Positions 1 through 10,242 of a stretch of 32,000 nucleotides of DNA are shown piece after piece. This DNA comes from Synechococcus elongatus PCC 6301. Its GTDB lineage: Bacteria; Cyanobacteriota; Cyanobacteriia; Synechococcales; Synechococcaceae. Position numbers and translations under genes: made by a program. Where the stretch lies: assembly GCF_000010065.1 (NCBI RefSeq), contig NC_006576.1:60001-92000 (forward strand), read 5' to 3'. Numbering within the stretch: position 1 is the stretch's first letter; every line of letters begins with the position of its first letter. The notes below the pieces were generated by a model. That model was not told where the DNA came from. It did not search any database and saw only the letters and a program-made list of their open reading frames with translations.

Positions 1-88
1 GACGATGGACTTTCGCAGAATGCGGTTCTTCCTACTTTGACACTGCATTGCGATCGCTCACTAGCCCCTGAGGAGACAAGTCACGGCA

Positions 89-904
89 ATGTTGCATGGA
101 TCCATCCCCGCCGAGCGCTTCTTTCCTTACCTAAGCTGGCCTGAGATTGCGGCGCTACCCGATCCCGATCGCGTCCTGATCATTCAGCCGATCGGGGCGA
201 TCGAGCAGCACGGTCCGCATTTGCCGCTGGTAGTGGATACCGCGATCGCAACCGCTGTGACCGGCGAGGCATTACGAAGATTGCCTGCCGAAATTGCTGC
301 CTATGCCCTGCCAACCCTCTGCTACGGCAAATCCAACGAACATTGCCAGTTTCCGGGCACGATCAGGCTGCGGACAGAAACCCTGCTGGCCGTTTTGATC
401 GACAGCGCTCACAGCCTCTATGCTGCGGGGTTCCGGCGACTGATCTGGCTAAATGGCCATGGGGGGCAGCCCCAGGTTTTGCAACTCGCGGCTCGTGATC
501 TGCGCGAACAATTTCCAGGTTTCGAAGTTCTGCCACTGTTCGTCTGGAATGTACCCAACCAGATTGGTGAGCTGTTGACACCTCGCGAGCAGACTTTGGG
601 TCTCCATGCTGGCGATGCGGAAACCAGCCTGATGCTGCATCTGCTGCCCGATCAGGTGCGAATGGATCAGGCGATCGCGGAATATCCGCCAGACTTGGAT
701 GCTGAGGGTTTGCTGAGCTGGGAAGGCAATCTGCCGATCGCTTGGCTGACCCATGACCTCAGCCAGAGCGGTGTCATTGGCGATCCAACCCCAGCAACCG
801 CTGCGAAAGGGGCAGAAATTTTTGAGCAATTGGTGCAGGGTTGGGTGCAAGTGCTGACGGTGATCGCCCACTGGCAGCGATCGTCCCTGCTGCCACCAAA
901 GTAA
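89..904 (+). CDS. Creatininase-family amidohydrolase-like protein
   Basis: 271-aa ORF with creatininase-family motifs: IIQPIGAIEQHGPHLPLVVDT, RLIWLNGHGG, LHAGDAETSLML. Confidence 0.85.
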   Translation: MLHGSIPAERFFPYLSWPEIAALPDPDRVLIIQPIGAIEQHGPHLPLVVDTAIATAVTGEALRRLPAEIAAYALPTLCYGKSNEHCQFPGTIRLRTETLLAVLIDSAHSLYAAGFRRLIWLNGHGGQPQVLQLAARDLREQFPGFEVLPLFVWNVPNQIGELLTPREQTLGLHAGDAETSLMLHLLPDQVRMDQAIAEYPPDLDAEGLLSWEGNLPIAWLTHDLSQSGVIGDPTPATAAKGAEIFEQLVQGWVQVLTVIAHWQRSSLLPPK

Positions 905-994
905 ATACCGCTAGAGTGTAGATTGGTGCGTACCCCCTGGGATCCACCAAATCCCACATTCTCCCTCTCATCCGTGTCAGGAGACCGCAGACTC

Positions 995-1690
995 ATGCCG
1001 CAGCTTGAAGCCAGCCTTGAACTGGACTTTCAAAGCGAGTCCTACAAAGACGCTTACAGCCGCATCAACGCGATCGTGATTGAAGGCGAACAAGAGGCGT
1101 TCGACAACTACAATCGCCTTGCTGAGATGCTGCCCGACCAGCGGGATGAGCTTCACAAGCTAGCCAAGATGGAACAGCGCCACATGAAAGGCTTTATGGC
1201 CTGTGGCAAAAATCTCTCCGTCACTCCTGACATGGGTTTTGCCCAGAAATTTTTCGAGCGCTTGCACGAGAACTTCAAAGCGGCGGCTGCGGAAGGCAAG
1301 GTCGTCACCTGCCTACTGATTCAATCGCTAATCATCGAGTGCTTTGCGATCGCGGCTTACAACATCTACATCCCAGTGGCGGATGCTTTTGCCCGCAAAA
1401 TCACGGAGGGGGTCGTGCGCGACGAATACCTGCACCGCAACTTCGGTGAAGAGTGGCTGAAGGCGAATTTTGATGCTTCCAAAGCCGAACTGGAAGAAGC
1501 CAATCGTCAGAACCTGCCCTTGGTTTGGCTAATGCTCAACGAAGTGGCCGATGATGCTCGCGAACTCGGGATGGAGCGTGAGTCGCTCGTCGAGGACTTT
1601 ATGATTGCCTACGGTGAAGCTCTGGAAAACATCGGCTTCACAACGCGCGAAATCATGCGTATGTCCGCCTATGGCCTTGCGGCCGTTTGA
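995..1690 (+). CDS. ado: Aldehyde-deformylating oxygenase (fatty aldehyde to alkane, ferritin-like di-iron)
   Basis: [39 protein letters not shown]..., with EXXH-type metal ligands ([22 protein letters not shown]). Start taken as the ATG at 995, not the upstream start of the 923 ORF. Confidence 0.97.
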
Positions 1691-1704
1691 TCCAGGAAAT
1701 CTGA

Positions 1705-2730
1705 ATGTTCGGTCTTATCGGTCATCTCACCAGTTTGGAGCAGGCCCGCGACGTTTCTCGCAGGATGGGCTACGACGAATACGCCGATCAAGGATTGGAG
1801 TTTTGGAGTAGCGCTCCTCCTCAAATCGTTGATGAAATCACAGTCACCAGTGCCACAGGCAAGGTGATTCACGGTCGCTACATCGAATCGTGTTTCTTGC
1901 CGGAAATGCTGGCGGCGCGCCGCTTCAAAACAGCCACGCGCAAAGTTCTCAATGCCATGTCCCATGCCCAAAAACACGGCATCGACATCTCGGCCTTGGG
2001 GGGCTTTACCTCGATTATTTTCGAGAATTTCGATTTGGCCAGTTTGCGGCAAGTGCGCGACACTACCTTGGAGTTTGAACGGTTCACCACCGGCAATACT
2101 CACACGGCCTACGTAATCTGTAGACAGGTGGAAGCCGCTGCTAAAACGCTGGGCATCGACATTACCCAAGCGACAGTAGCGGTTGTCGGCGCGACTGGCG
2201 ATATCGGTAGCGCTGTCTGCCGCTGGCTCGACCTCAAACTGGGTGTCGGTGATTTGATCCTGACGGCGCGCAATCAGGAGCGTTTGGATAACCTGCAGGC
2301 TGAACTCGGCCGGGGCAAGATTCTGCCCTTGGAAGCCGCTCTGCCGGAAGCTGACTTTATCGTGTGGGTCGCCAGTATGCCTCAGGGCGTAGTGATCGAC
2401 CCAGCAACCCTGAAGCAACCCTGCGTCCTAATCGACGGGGGCTACCCCAAAAACTTGGGCAGCAAAGTCCAAGGTGAGGGCATCTATGTCCTCAATGGCG
2501 GGGTAGTTGAACATTGCTTCGACATCGACTGGCAGATCATGTCCGCTGCAGAGATGGCGCGGCCCGAGCGCCAGATGTTTGCCTGCTTTGCCGAGGCGAT
2601 GCTCTTGGAATTTGAAGGCTGGCATACTAACTTCTCCTGGGGCCGCAACCAAATCACGATCGAGAAGATGGAAGCGATCGGTGAGGCATCGGTGCGCCAC
2701 GGCTTCCAACCCTTGGCATTGGCAATTTGA
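1705..2730 (+). CDS. aar: Long-chain acyl-[ACP] reductase (aldehyde-forming)
   Basis: 341 aa, [34 protein letters not shown]..., Rossmann [18 protein letters not shown]; 14 bp downstream of ado. Confidence 0.97.
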   Translation: MFGLIGHLTSLEQARDVSRRMGYDEYADQGLEFWSSAPPQIVDEITVTSATGKVIHGRYIESCFLPEMLAARRFKTATRKVLNAMSHAQKHGIDISALGGFTSIIFENFDLASLRQVRDTTLEFERFTTGNTHTAYVICRQVEAAAKTLGIDITQATVAVVGATGDIGSAVCRWLDLKLGVGDLILTARNQERLDNLQAELGRGKILPLEAALPEADFIVWVASMPQGVVIDPATLKQPCVLIDGGYPKNLGSKVQGEGIYVLNGGVVEHCFDIDWQIMSAAEMARPERQMFACFAEAMLLEFEGWHTNFSWGRNQITIEKMEAIGEASVRHGFQPLALAI

Positions 2731-2739
2731 GGTCTGTGC

Positions 2740-3723
2740 ATGGCTGCACCTGTCACGAAGAAGCCAATTCTGCTGGAGTTTGAAAAGCCCCTAGTTGAGC
2801 TGGAGGAACGGATCACGCAAATCCGCACCCTCGCAGCGGACAACCAGGTGGATGTGAGCGGCCAAATTCAGCAACTGGAAGCCCGGGCGATTCAACTGCG
2901 GCGAGAAATTTTTAGTAATCTCTCGCCAGCCCAGCGCATCCAAGTGGCGCGTCATCCCCGACGTCCGAGTACCTTGGACTACATCCAAGCGATCAGCGAC
3001 GAGTGGATTGAATTACACGGCGATCGCAACGGTAGTGATGACCTCGCACTCGTGGGTGGTGTTGGTGCGCTCGACGGCCAGCCAGTCGTTTTCTTGGGCC
3101 ACCAAAAGGGGCGCGACACCAAGGACAACGTGCTGCGCAACTTCGGGATGGCTTCACCCGGCGGCTATCGCAAGGCACTGCGTTTGATGGAGCATGCCGA
3201 TCGCTTCGGGATGCCGATTCTGACCTTTATCGATACACCCGGTGCTTACGCTGGGGTCAGTGCTGAAGAACTGGGTCAAGGTGAGGCAATCGCAGTCAAC
3301 CTGCGCGAAATGTTCCGCTTCTCGGTGCCGATTCTCTGCACAGTGATTGGCGAAGGCGGTTCGGGCGGGGCCTTGGGCATTGGCGTCGGCGATCGCCTGC
3401 TGATGTTTGAGCATTCCGTCTACACTGTTGCCAGTCCCGAAGCCTGCGCATCAATTCTCTGGCGTGATGCGGGCAAGGCAGCCCAGGCGGCAGAAGCGCT
3501 CAAGATTACGGCGCGAGACCTCAAGCAATTAGGCATCCTTGACGAAATCATCACCGAACCTTTGGGCGGTGCCCATTCTGCACCGCTGGAAACGGCCCAG
3601 AGTTTGCGTCAGGTTTTGCTGCGCCATCTGAAGGATTTGCAAGCCCTCAGTCCGGCTCAGTTGCGCGAGCAGCGTTATCAAAAGTTTCGCCAGCTCGGGG
3701 TGTTTCTGGAAAGCAGTGACTAA
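2740..3723 (+). CDS. accA: Acetyl-CoA carboxylase carboxyltransferase subunit alpha
   Basis: 327 aa; [81 protein letters not shown]. Confidence 0.97.
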   Translation: MAAPVTKKPILLEFEKPLVELEERITQIRTLAADNQVDVSGQIQQLEARAIQLRREIFSNLSPAQRIQVARHPRRPSTLDYIQAISDEWIELHGDRNGSDDLALVGGVGALDGQPVVFLGHQKGRDTKDNVLRNFGMASPGGYRKALRLMEHADRFGMPILTFIDTPGAYAGVSAEELGQGEAIAVNLREMFRFSVPILCTVIGEGGSGGALGIGVGDRLLMFEHSVYTVASPEACASILWRDAGKAAQAAEALKITARDLKQLGILDEIITEPLGGAHSAPLETAQSLRQVLLRHLKDLQALSPAQLREQRYQKFRQLGVFLESSD

Positions 3724-3746
3724 ACACCGCCGCCTGGCCCAAATGG

Positions 3747-3752
3747 TATAAT
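3747..3752 (+). promoter_or_regulatory. Candidate -10 element (TATAAT) in the accA-SDR gap
   Basis: Exact TATAAT in a 100+ bp intergenic gap; no good -35 hexamer seen. Confidence 0.3.
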
Positions 3753-3849
3753 CGGATGCGTTACATTTCGTCATGTCTTGGCGAATCTTGCATTCCCAGG
3801 CCGTCACGTCTTCGGCTAAACATCCACGCTTGACTGCCTGATGGCTGGC

Positions 3850-4578
3850 ATGAGTTTTCTGCCTTCTCCTTTTGTTCTGATTACAGGTGCCAGTAGTGGC
3901 ATCGGTGCAGCAACTGCCCACGCTTTTGCCCAAGCGGGTTGGTCCTTGCTGCTGTTAGGGCGCGATCGCGGTCGCCTGCAATCGGTTGCTGAGTCTGCCC
4001 GTTCTCAGGGTGCAGCGGCGGTGGCAACCTACAGTCTTGATTTGACCAACCTGACCGCTATTGGACCCGCGATCGCCCAGCTCGTCGAGCAGTTTGGGGT
4101 TCCCGACGTTCTGATTAACAACGCAGGGACTGCCCAAACGGGGCCGCTGGCGACCCTGTCCTTATCGGACCTGGAGTGCATCTTTGCGCTGAATGTTCAC
4201 AGTCCGCTATTAGTCGTGCAAGCCCTGCTTCCGGGAATGCGCCAGCGTCAGCGCGGCTTGATTCTCAATGTGGCTTCCATCGCCGCCCAACAAGCCTTCC
4301 CCGACTGGGGTGCTTACTGTGCCAGTAAGTCGGCCTTGGCTGCCTGGTCGCGGGTGCTGGCTGCAGAAGAGCGATCGCACGGCATCCGGGTCTCGCTAAT
4401 CTGCCCTGGCTCTGTTGATACGGCGCTCTGGGACCAACCCAGCGTGGGCGCTAACTTCGATCGCCAGGCCATGTTGCGGCCCGAAACAGTTGCCCAAGTG
4501 CTGCTGCAGGTGGCGACCTTGCCGGAGACGGCAGTGGTGGATGAGCTGACCCTCATGCCCAATGCGGGCACGTTTTAG
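3850..4578 (+). CDS. Short-chain dehydrogenase/reductase (SDR)
   Basis: LITGASSGIGAATAHAFAQAG, NNAG, YCASKSALAAW (YxxxK). Start may be 3841 or 3850. Confidence 0.9.
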   Translation: MSFLPSPFVLITGASSGIGAATAHAFAQAGWSLLLLGRDRGRLQSVAESARSQGAAAVATYSLDLTNLTAIGPAIAQLVEQFGVPDVLINNAGTAQTGPLATLSLSDLECIFALNVHSPLLVVQALLPGMRQRQRGLILNVASIAAQQAFPDWGAYCASKSALAAWSRVLAAEERSHGIRVSLICPGSVDTALWDQPSVGANFDRQAMLRPETVAQVLLQVATLPETAVVDELTLMPNAGTF

Positions 4579-4626
4579 ATCGGAATCGCGATCGCCTTCT
4601 CAATTACTTTGAGGTTTCTTGTGACG

Positions 4627-5268
4627 ATGACTTCTCCCTCCTTGAATGGCAGCAACAGCTTGGTTGATGCGATCCGCCCTGAGACGGAGGCTGTTTCCCA
4701 AGCCGAGATGGAAGCAGCAGTCCGCACGTTGCTGCTCGGGGTCGGAGAAGATCCAGAGCGGGAAGGGCTCCTGAAAACCCCGAAACGGGTCGCTGAGGCC
4801 TATCGCTTTTTGACCAGCGGCTACAGCCAATCCCTGGATGACTTGGTCAACGGCGCCATCTTCGACGAAGGTCACAACGAAATGGTGTTGGTGCGTGACA
4901 TCACCGCCTTCAGCCTTTGTGAACACCACATGCTGCCGTTCATGGGCAAAGTTCACGTCGCTTACATCCCCAACCAAAAGGTTGTCGGCCTGAGCAAACT
5001 GGCTCGCATCGTCGAGATGTACAGTCGCCGTCTGCAGGTGCAAGAGCGCCTGACCCGCCAGATTGCTGAGTCGGTGCAGGAAATCCTCGACCCGCAAGGT
5101 GTGGCCGTCGTCATGGAAGCCACCCACATGTGCATGGTGATGCGCGGTGTCCAAAAGCCGGGCTCTTGGACCGTGACCAGCGCCATGGTCGGTGTTTTCC
5201 AAGAGGATCAACGCACCCGCGAGGAATTCCTCAGCCTGATTCGCCATCAACCTGCCGCATTTGCCTAA
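4627..5268 (+). CDS. folE: GTP cyclohydrolase I
   Basis: [67 protein letters not shown]. Start uncertain (4609 or 4627). Confidence 0.95.
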   Translation: MTSPSLNGSNSLVDAIRPETEAVSQAEMEAAVRTLLLGVGEDPEREGLLKTPKRVAEAYRFLTSGYSQSLDDLVNGAIFDEGHNEMVLVRDITAFSLCEHHMLPFMGKVHVAYIPNQKVVGLSKLARIVEMYSRRLQVQERLTRQIAESVQEILDPQGVAVVMEATHMCMVMRGVQKPGSWTVTSAMVGVFQEDQRTREEFLSLIRHQPAAFA

Positions 5269-5275
5269 GCCAGGA

Positions 5276-6070
5276 ATGGCCATCCCGCTCCTGCAAATTG
5301 ATGCCTTTACGCAGCAGCCCTATCGGGGCAATCCGGCAGCGGTCTGTTTACTGACTGAGCCGCTGCCGGATACTCAGCTACAGGCGATCGCTGCAGAGAT
5401 GAATCTGTCCGAAACGGCGTTTCTGCTCACGGATCAAACGGCTTGGCAGTTGCGTTGGTTTACCCCAGCTTGTGAAGTGGATCTCTGTGGCCATGCCACT
5501 TTGGCCGCTGCTCAGGCTCTCCAAGAGTGGGGGCGTGCTCAGCGTGGTCAGACGCTGCGCTTTCACACCCGCAGTGGACTTTTGCAAGCCAAGCTCAGCG
5601 ATCGCGGTATCGAGCTGGATTTTCCCCTGCAGCCACCCCAAGGGCTAGAGACCTCGCTGGATTTAGCAGCCGGGATCGGCGCGCCGGTTGTCGCTAGCCG
5701 AACCAGTGAGCTGGGCTATTGGCTGCTGGAGTTGGCTTCGGTAGAACAGGTGCGCACCTTACAACCCGATCAAGCGGCGATCGCCCAATGGCCCTGTCAG
5801 GCTGTGGTGGTAACCGCTGCAGCTCAAGCAGGCGATGATTGTGATTTCGTCTCGCGCTTCTTTGCGCCACGCTTTGGCATTCCCGAGGATCCAGTCACCG
5901 GTTCTGCGCACTGCCTGCTAGCGCCCTATTGGCAGGCTAAACTAGGGCGCGACCGCCTCCAAGCTCGGCAATTGTCTGCCCGAGGCGGCGAGCTGGAAGT
6001 GGAAGTCGTGGGCGATCGCGTTTTTTTACGGGGCTATGCCGTGACAGTGTTGCGAGGAGAGTTGCAATGA
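5276..6070 (+). CDS. PhzF-family isomerase/epimerase-like protein
   Basis: IPLLQIDAFTQQPYRGNPAAVCLL, LSETAFLL, LCGHATLAAAQAL, PEDPVTGSAHCLLAPYW. Confidence 0.9.
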   Translation: MAIPLLQIDAFTQQPYRGNPAAVCLLTEPLPDTQLQAIAAEMNLSETAFLLTDQTAWQLRWFTPACEVDLCGHATLAAAQALQEWGRAQRGQTLRFHTRSGLLQAKLSDRGIELDFPLQPPQGLETSLDLAAGIGAPVVASRTSELGYWLLELASVEQVRTLQPDQAAIAQWPCQAVVVTAAAQAGDDCDFVSRFFAPRFGIPEDPVTGSAHCLLAPYWQAKLGRDRLQARQLSARGGELEVEVVGDRVFLRGYAVTVLRGELQ

Positions 6071-7152
6071 ACGGTCGGTCGGCACTGGCAGAGAAAACTA
6101 CTGGGCGATCGCCGCAACTCGCTTGGTGGCAACAACCCAGGCGCTGGTTATTGGGTGGATCGGTGGTGCTTCCGGTGCTGGCGCTCTGGGGTGTCAACCA
6201 TTTGCGACAGTCGCAGCCTAATGCGGCAGAGTTACAGGCGATTCAAGACTCAGAACGGGCGCTAGAGCGTCTGCTTAGCGTTAATCCTGCCGGTACTGCA
6301 CCGGCAGCCAACTCCCAACCGGCAGCAGCGCCTTCAACGCCAGCCCGTTCCCCTACCGATACCAGTCAGGCTCGCCCCGATCCGCGATCGGCCCCGTCCT
6401 TAGCCATTCCCAGTAGTAATCAGCCCGCACCGGCTCTCCTGATTCGGGTTGCGATCGCCCGCGAAGGCTCTCAGGCCAGTGTTGGCAGCCAAACCGAGAG
6501 CTATCTGACCCGAGAAGATGGCCAAATTTTAGGGACGCTACCGGCGGGTCGGTCTGCTAATGTTGTCGCCAGCGCCGGTCGACTGCAGCTCGCGAGTTGG
6601 GCTTCGGGGGGGCCGCTCTGGCTGCAACCCTCGCAGGGAGGTGCGGTTCTCGTGAATGGCCAGCCCTATCGCGGCAAGCTCAAACTGATTGCTGAGGGCG
6701 ATCGCCTGATTGCGGTTAACTACGTCGATCTGGAGCAGTATTTGGTCAGTGTGGTCGGAGCAGAAATGCCGGCCAGTTGGCCGATTGAAGCGCTGAAAGC
6801 CCAAGCCGTGGCCGCCCGTTCCTACGCGATCGCCCACATGGCTCGCCCCGCCAGTGCCTACTTTGATCTCGGCTCAACGACACGCTGGCAAGCCTACAAC
6901 GGCATCAATAGTGAAGCCACTCGGTCAGCGCAAGCCGTGCAGCAAACAGCAGGCCTTCTATTGAGCTATCGCGGCGGCATCGTCGAGAGTCTCTATGCGG
7001 CAACCTATGAAATCGTTGCGGAAGCGCATGGTCATCTGGGAGCCAGTATGAGCCAGCACGGTGCTCGGGATCTGGCCGAACAGGGTTTTGATTTCACGCG
7101 CATTTTGGGCAACTATTATCGAGGTGCCCAGCTGGCGCGACTTTCCCTGTAA
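6067..7152 (+). CDS. SpoIID/LytB-domain secreted or membrane-anchored protein
   Basis: N-terminal hydrophobic segment; YRGKLKLI, LEQYLVSVVGAEMPASWPIEALKAQAVAARSYAIAHM is the SpoIID signature. Confidence 0.88.
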   Translation: MNGRSALAEKTTGRSPQLAWWQQPRRWLLGGSVVLPVLALWGVNHLRQSQPNAAELQAIQDSERALERLLSVNPAGTAPAANSQPAAAPSTPARSPTDTSQARPDPRSAPSLAIPSSNQPAPALLIRVAIAREGSQASVGSQTESYLTREDGQILGTLPAGRSANVVASAGRLQLASWASGGPLWLQPSQGGAVLVNGQPYRGKLKLIAEGDRLIAVNYVDLEQYLVSVVGAEMPASWPIEALKAQAVAARSYAIAHMARPASAYFDLGSTTRWQAYNGINSEATRSAQAVQQTAGLLLSYRGGIVESLYAATYEIVAEAHGHLGASMSQHGARDLAEQGFDFTRILGNYYRGAQLARLSL

Positions 7153-7157
7153 GCCCA

Positions 7158-8000
7158 ATGCAAAATTTGCTGCAACTGGCCCAGGCGCAAACAGCAGCAG
7201 CCTTGGCCAATGGCGCGCTGCAACCGATCGCGACGGAATCTTGCTGGCTGGAAGACCGAGAGCAGCGGTTTTTGGTGCGGATGCTCAGTGGTTGGACCCG
7301 CAAGCACCCTCAGGGAAAACCGCACGGACCAAAACCTAACCCCTTTCAGCCCTACGACCCGCGTCTATTCGTCGCCGATGCAGGCGATCGCCATCTCTGG
7401 TTACTCAATAAATTTCCGGTGATCGACCAGCATCTGCTGCTAATCACTCGAACCTATGAACCTCAGACCCAGTGGTTGACGCTGGCAGATTTTGAGGCGA
7501 TCGCTGTTGGGCTACAAGCAATCGATGGTTTTGCGTTTTTTAATGGTGGCCCCCTCGCCGGAGCCAGTCAGCCCCATAAGCACCTACAGCTTGTGCCATT
7601 GCCCCTCGACCGAGACTGTTGTCAGCCCCTACCCCTCAGCGATCGCTGGCAAGCCTCTTTGGCCGGGAATCCCAGTGCCCTGCCATTTCAACATGCGATC
7701 GCGGCGCTCCCCAATTTGCTTGAGCCCTCGCCCCAGCAGGCTGGCGTGCTCCTATTTGAGGTATATCGGCAGCTTTGGCAGCAATTGCAGATTGACATGA
7801 ATGGCGATCGCCCACCTGCCTACAATTTGCTGCTGACTCGGCAGTGGTTGTTGATTGTGCCGCGCAGCCGCGAAAGTCATCTGCAGATCAACGTCAACGC
7901 CCTCGGCTTTGCTGGGGCTTTGCTAGTGCGTGATCAGCTGCAGTTGCAACAACTACAGGATTTAGGCCCGCTCCAGCTCTTGCAGAGCGTCGGCTGTTGA
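7158..8000 (+). CDS. ATP adenylyltransferase / Ap4A phosphorylase-like protein
   Basis: FNGGPLAGASQPHKHLQLVPLP (HIT-like active site), PFQPYDPRLFVAD, YNLLLTRQWLLIVPRS. Confidence 0.88.
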   Translation: MQNLLQLAQAQTAAALANGALQPIATESCWLEDREQRFLVRMLSGWTRKHPQGKPHGPKPNPFQPYDPRLFVADAGDRHLWLLNKFPVIDQHLLLITRTYEPQTQWLTLADFEAIAVGLQAIDGFAFFNGGPLAGASQPHKHLQLVPLPLDRDCCQPLPLSDRWQASLAGNPSALPFQHAIAALPNLLEPSPQQAGVLLFEVYRQLWQQLQIDMNGDRPPAYNLLLTRQWLLIVPRSRESHLQINVNALGFAGALLVRDQLQLQQLQDLGPLQLLQSVGC

Positions 8001-8027
8001 AGCCAACTCAACGATCACATTCAGAAC

Positions 8028-8201
8028 CTAGGCAGGATCCTCACCGGTTTGACTAGCAGAAGACCGACGACGGCGACAGCGATCGGAGCAGTAGCGCACC
8101 TCTTCCCAGCAATCCTTCCACTTGCGTCGCCATTCAAACGGACGCCCGCAAACCAGACAATTCTTTTGCGGCAGATTCGACTTGGTGTAGCGCTGCGCCA
8201 T
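8028..8201 (-). CDS. DUF2256-family small Cys-rich protein
   Basis: [46 protein letters not shown]; CxxC...CxxxC pattern. ATG at 8201. Confidence 0.85.
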   Translation of the reverse strand: MAQRYTKSNLPQKNCLVCGRPFEWRRKWKDCWEEVRYCSDRCRRRRSSASQTGEDPA

Positions 8202-8265
8202 GATTTGCCAAGAGCTGAACAAGTTCCGTCATTGTAGAAATTCTGTCCCTCAGCCCCGAAGCCCC

Positions 8266-9003
8266 ATGAGTTTGCGCATCGTTCTGGTCGAGCCGGCGGG
8301 TGCCCGTAATGTCGGAGCGATCGCACGAGTGATGATGAATTTTGGCTTGTCAGACTGGGCGATCGTGCGGCCGCGCTGTGACATCCATGGTGGTGAGGCG
8401 CGCCAAATGGCGGTGCATGCAGCGGCGCTGCTTGAGCAAGCTGTCCTCGTGGACAACCTCCCCAGCGCGTTGGAGGGGTGTCAGTGGGTAGCAGCCACGA
8501 CCGGCCAACGCGATTTGCGAGACCTGCCGCTGGAGTCGCCTACCCAAATCCTGCCGTGGTTGCGCCAAGGCCCCGCTGCCCTGATCTTTGGCCGAGAAGA
8601 CAGCGGTTTGCAGCGATCGGAGCTCAGTTTGGCGCAGCGCTATCTAACCTTTCCCACCGACCCTGCCTATCCCTCGCTCAACTTAGCCCAAGCAGTTGGC
8701 CTCTGTTGCTATCACTACGCTTGCCTGTCTGAGGCGGATTCCCGAGGCGTGCCACAGCAGGAATCCAGTCCAGCAGCAGTCCGGGCAGCATTCGAGCAAC
8801 TGCATGGCTACACCAGCGATCTCGAAGCCTTGCTCCTGCGTGTGGGTTACCTGCACTCCCACACAGCCGCCAGTCGCATGGAAAAAATTCGCGCGATCGC
8901 CCAGCGATCGGCCCTCACTGCGGAAGAGGTAGCTCTGTTGCGTGGCATGGTGCGTCAGCTCAATTGGGCACTAAATCAAGTCCCATCTAGCGATCGCCCT
9001 TGA
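8266..9003 (+). CDS. TrmH/TrmJ-family (SpoU) RNA methyltransferase
   Basis: MSLRIVLVEPAGARNVGAIARVMMNFG, ALIFGREDSGLQRSEL, LNLAQAVGLCCY. Confidence 0.9.
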   Translation: MSLRIVLVEPAGARNVGAIARVMMNFGLSDWAIVRPRCDIHGGEARQMAVHAAALLEQAVLVDNLPSALEGCQWVAATTGQRDLRDLPLESPTQILPWLRQGPAALIFGREDSGLQRSELSLAQRYLTFPTDPAYPSLNLAQAVGLCCYHYACLSEADSRGVPQQESSPAAVRAAFEQLHGYTSDLEALLLRVGYLHSHTAASRMEKIRAIAQRSALTAEEVALLRGMVRQLNWALNQVPSSDRP

Positions 9004-9105
9004 AATTCAGGTAGTAGCGGTCAAATTTGCCGACTCTGCCCAGATTGTCCAGAGGCTGCTAGGCTGTTCGACAGTTTTGGCACATCGCTGCTGGAAGGAA
9101 AGGCC

Positions 9106-10233
9106 ATGCCCCCTCGCGATCGCACTGCAAGGCGTCCCAATCGCTCTGCGCGACCTAATCCCAAAGCAGCCCGACCATTGCGAGCCGTCGACAGCCCCAG
9201 GCCTCCCCGGCGATCGCCTGCTCCGGCAAAACCACTGCGGATTCCCCCACTGTTGCAAAGTGTGTTGCGCTTACTGGTCTTGGGGGTAGGACTGGGCGTC
9301 TTGGCAGGCAGTCTGATTGCCGCTTGGGAACCCAACCTCAAACTCGCCCCCACTCCACAAGCGGCCTCAGCCGCCGCTCCCATACCGGTTGCACCAGTCA
9401 AGCCCATCGCTTTCCAAGAACCGCTTGCTCCTCTTCAAACCCAGCTTGCGGCCTTGATTCAGCAGCAACCGGCCCTGAAGGCCGAGTTATTCCTGACGGA
9501 TCTCGACACGGGCAACTACGTCGATATCAACGGCACAACGTCGATTCCTGCTGCCAGCACCATCAAAATTCCTGTGCTAGCTGCCCTGATGGAAGCCGTT
9601 CAGCAAGGCAAAGTGCGGCTGGATGAACAGCTAACCATGACCCAGGACCTGGTTGCCTCGGAAGCAGGGGCGATGCAGTATCAGCCGGTGGGCAGCAAGT
9701 TTACGGTGTTGGAAACCGCGATCGAGATGATCCGCATCAGCGATAACACAGCAACTAATCTGCTGATTGCCCGTCTAGGGGGGATTGAAGCAGTCAATCA
9801 ACGGTTTGCCGCTTGGGGATTACAGACGACCCGTATTCGCAATCTACTGCCCGATTTGGAAGGCACCAACAGCACCACACCCAAGGAAATGGTGGAATTG
9901 CTGGCCAAGGTGGAGAATGGTTCGCTCCTCGATCCGCGATCGCGCGATCGCTTTTTTGCCGTTCTTCGCACGACCGAAACCAATACCCTGCTCAGTCGTG
10001 GCCTGGGCGAGGAAGCAACGATCGCCCACAAAACCGGTGATATCGCCATGGTGGTGGGAGATGTCGGCCTGATCGATATGCCCAGCGGCAAACGCTACAT
10101 TGCGGCGATGTTGGTGCGCCGTCCCGACAATGACCTCAAGGCCAACGAATTGATTCGCCAGGTCTCGCAACGTACCTATCAATTCCTCAACAGCTTGCCC
10201 GTTTCCAGCAACTCGACGCAACAACCCAGCTAG
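9106..10233 (+). CDS. Class A beta-lactamase-like serine hydrolase with basic/proline-rich N-terminus and one TM
   Basis: SxxK (PAASTIKIPVLAAL), SDN (IRISDNTATNLLI), KTG (IAHKTGDIA) in order; N-terminal TM LLQSVLRLLVLGVGLGVLAGSLIAAW. Confidence 0.82.
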   Translation: MPPRDRTARRPNRSARPNPKAARPLRAVDSPRPPRRSPAPAKPLRIPPLLQSVLRLLVLGVGLGVLAGSLIAAWEPNLKLAPTPQAASAAAPIPVAPVKPIAFQEPLAPLQTQLAALIQQQPALKAELFLTDLDTGNYVDINGTTSIPAASTIKIPVLAALMEAVQQGKVRLDEQLTMTQDLVASEAGAMQYQPVGSKFTVLETAIEMIRISDNTATNLLIARLGGIEAVNQRFAAWGLQTTRIRNLLPDLEGTNSTTPKEMVELLAKVENGSLLDPRSRDRFFAVLRTTETNTLLSRGLGEEATIAHKTGDIAMVVGDVGLIDMPSGKRYIAAMLVRRPDNDLKANELIRQVSQRTYQFLNSLPVSSNSTQQPS

Positions 10234-10242
10234 CCGATCGCT

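Noticed and set aside
449-871. Minus-strand ORF opposite the creatininase-family gene (140 aa), and similar long antisense ORFs elsewhere (1669-2418, 4600-5283, 20647-21189, 22877-23419)
   Set aside because: Each lies opposite a strongly recognisable gene, has no family resemblance and is explained by shadow open frames in GC-rich coding DNA.
8021-8326. 101-aa minus ORF overlapping the DUF2256 gene in another frame
   Set aside because: The 8028-8201 frame encodes a recognisable conserved Cys-rich domain; the other frame does not.
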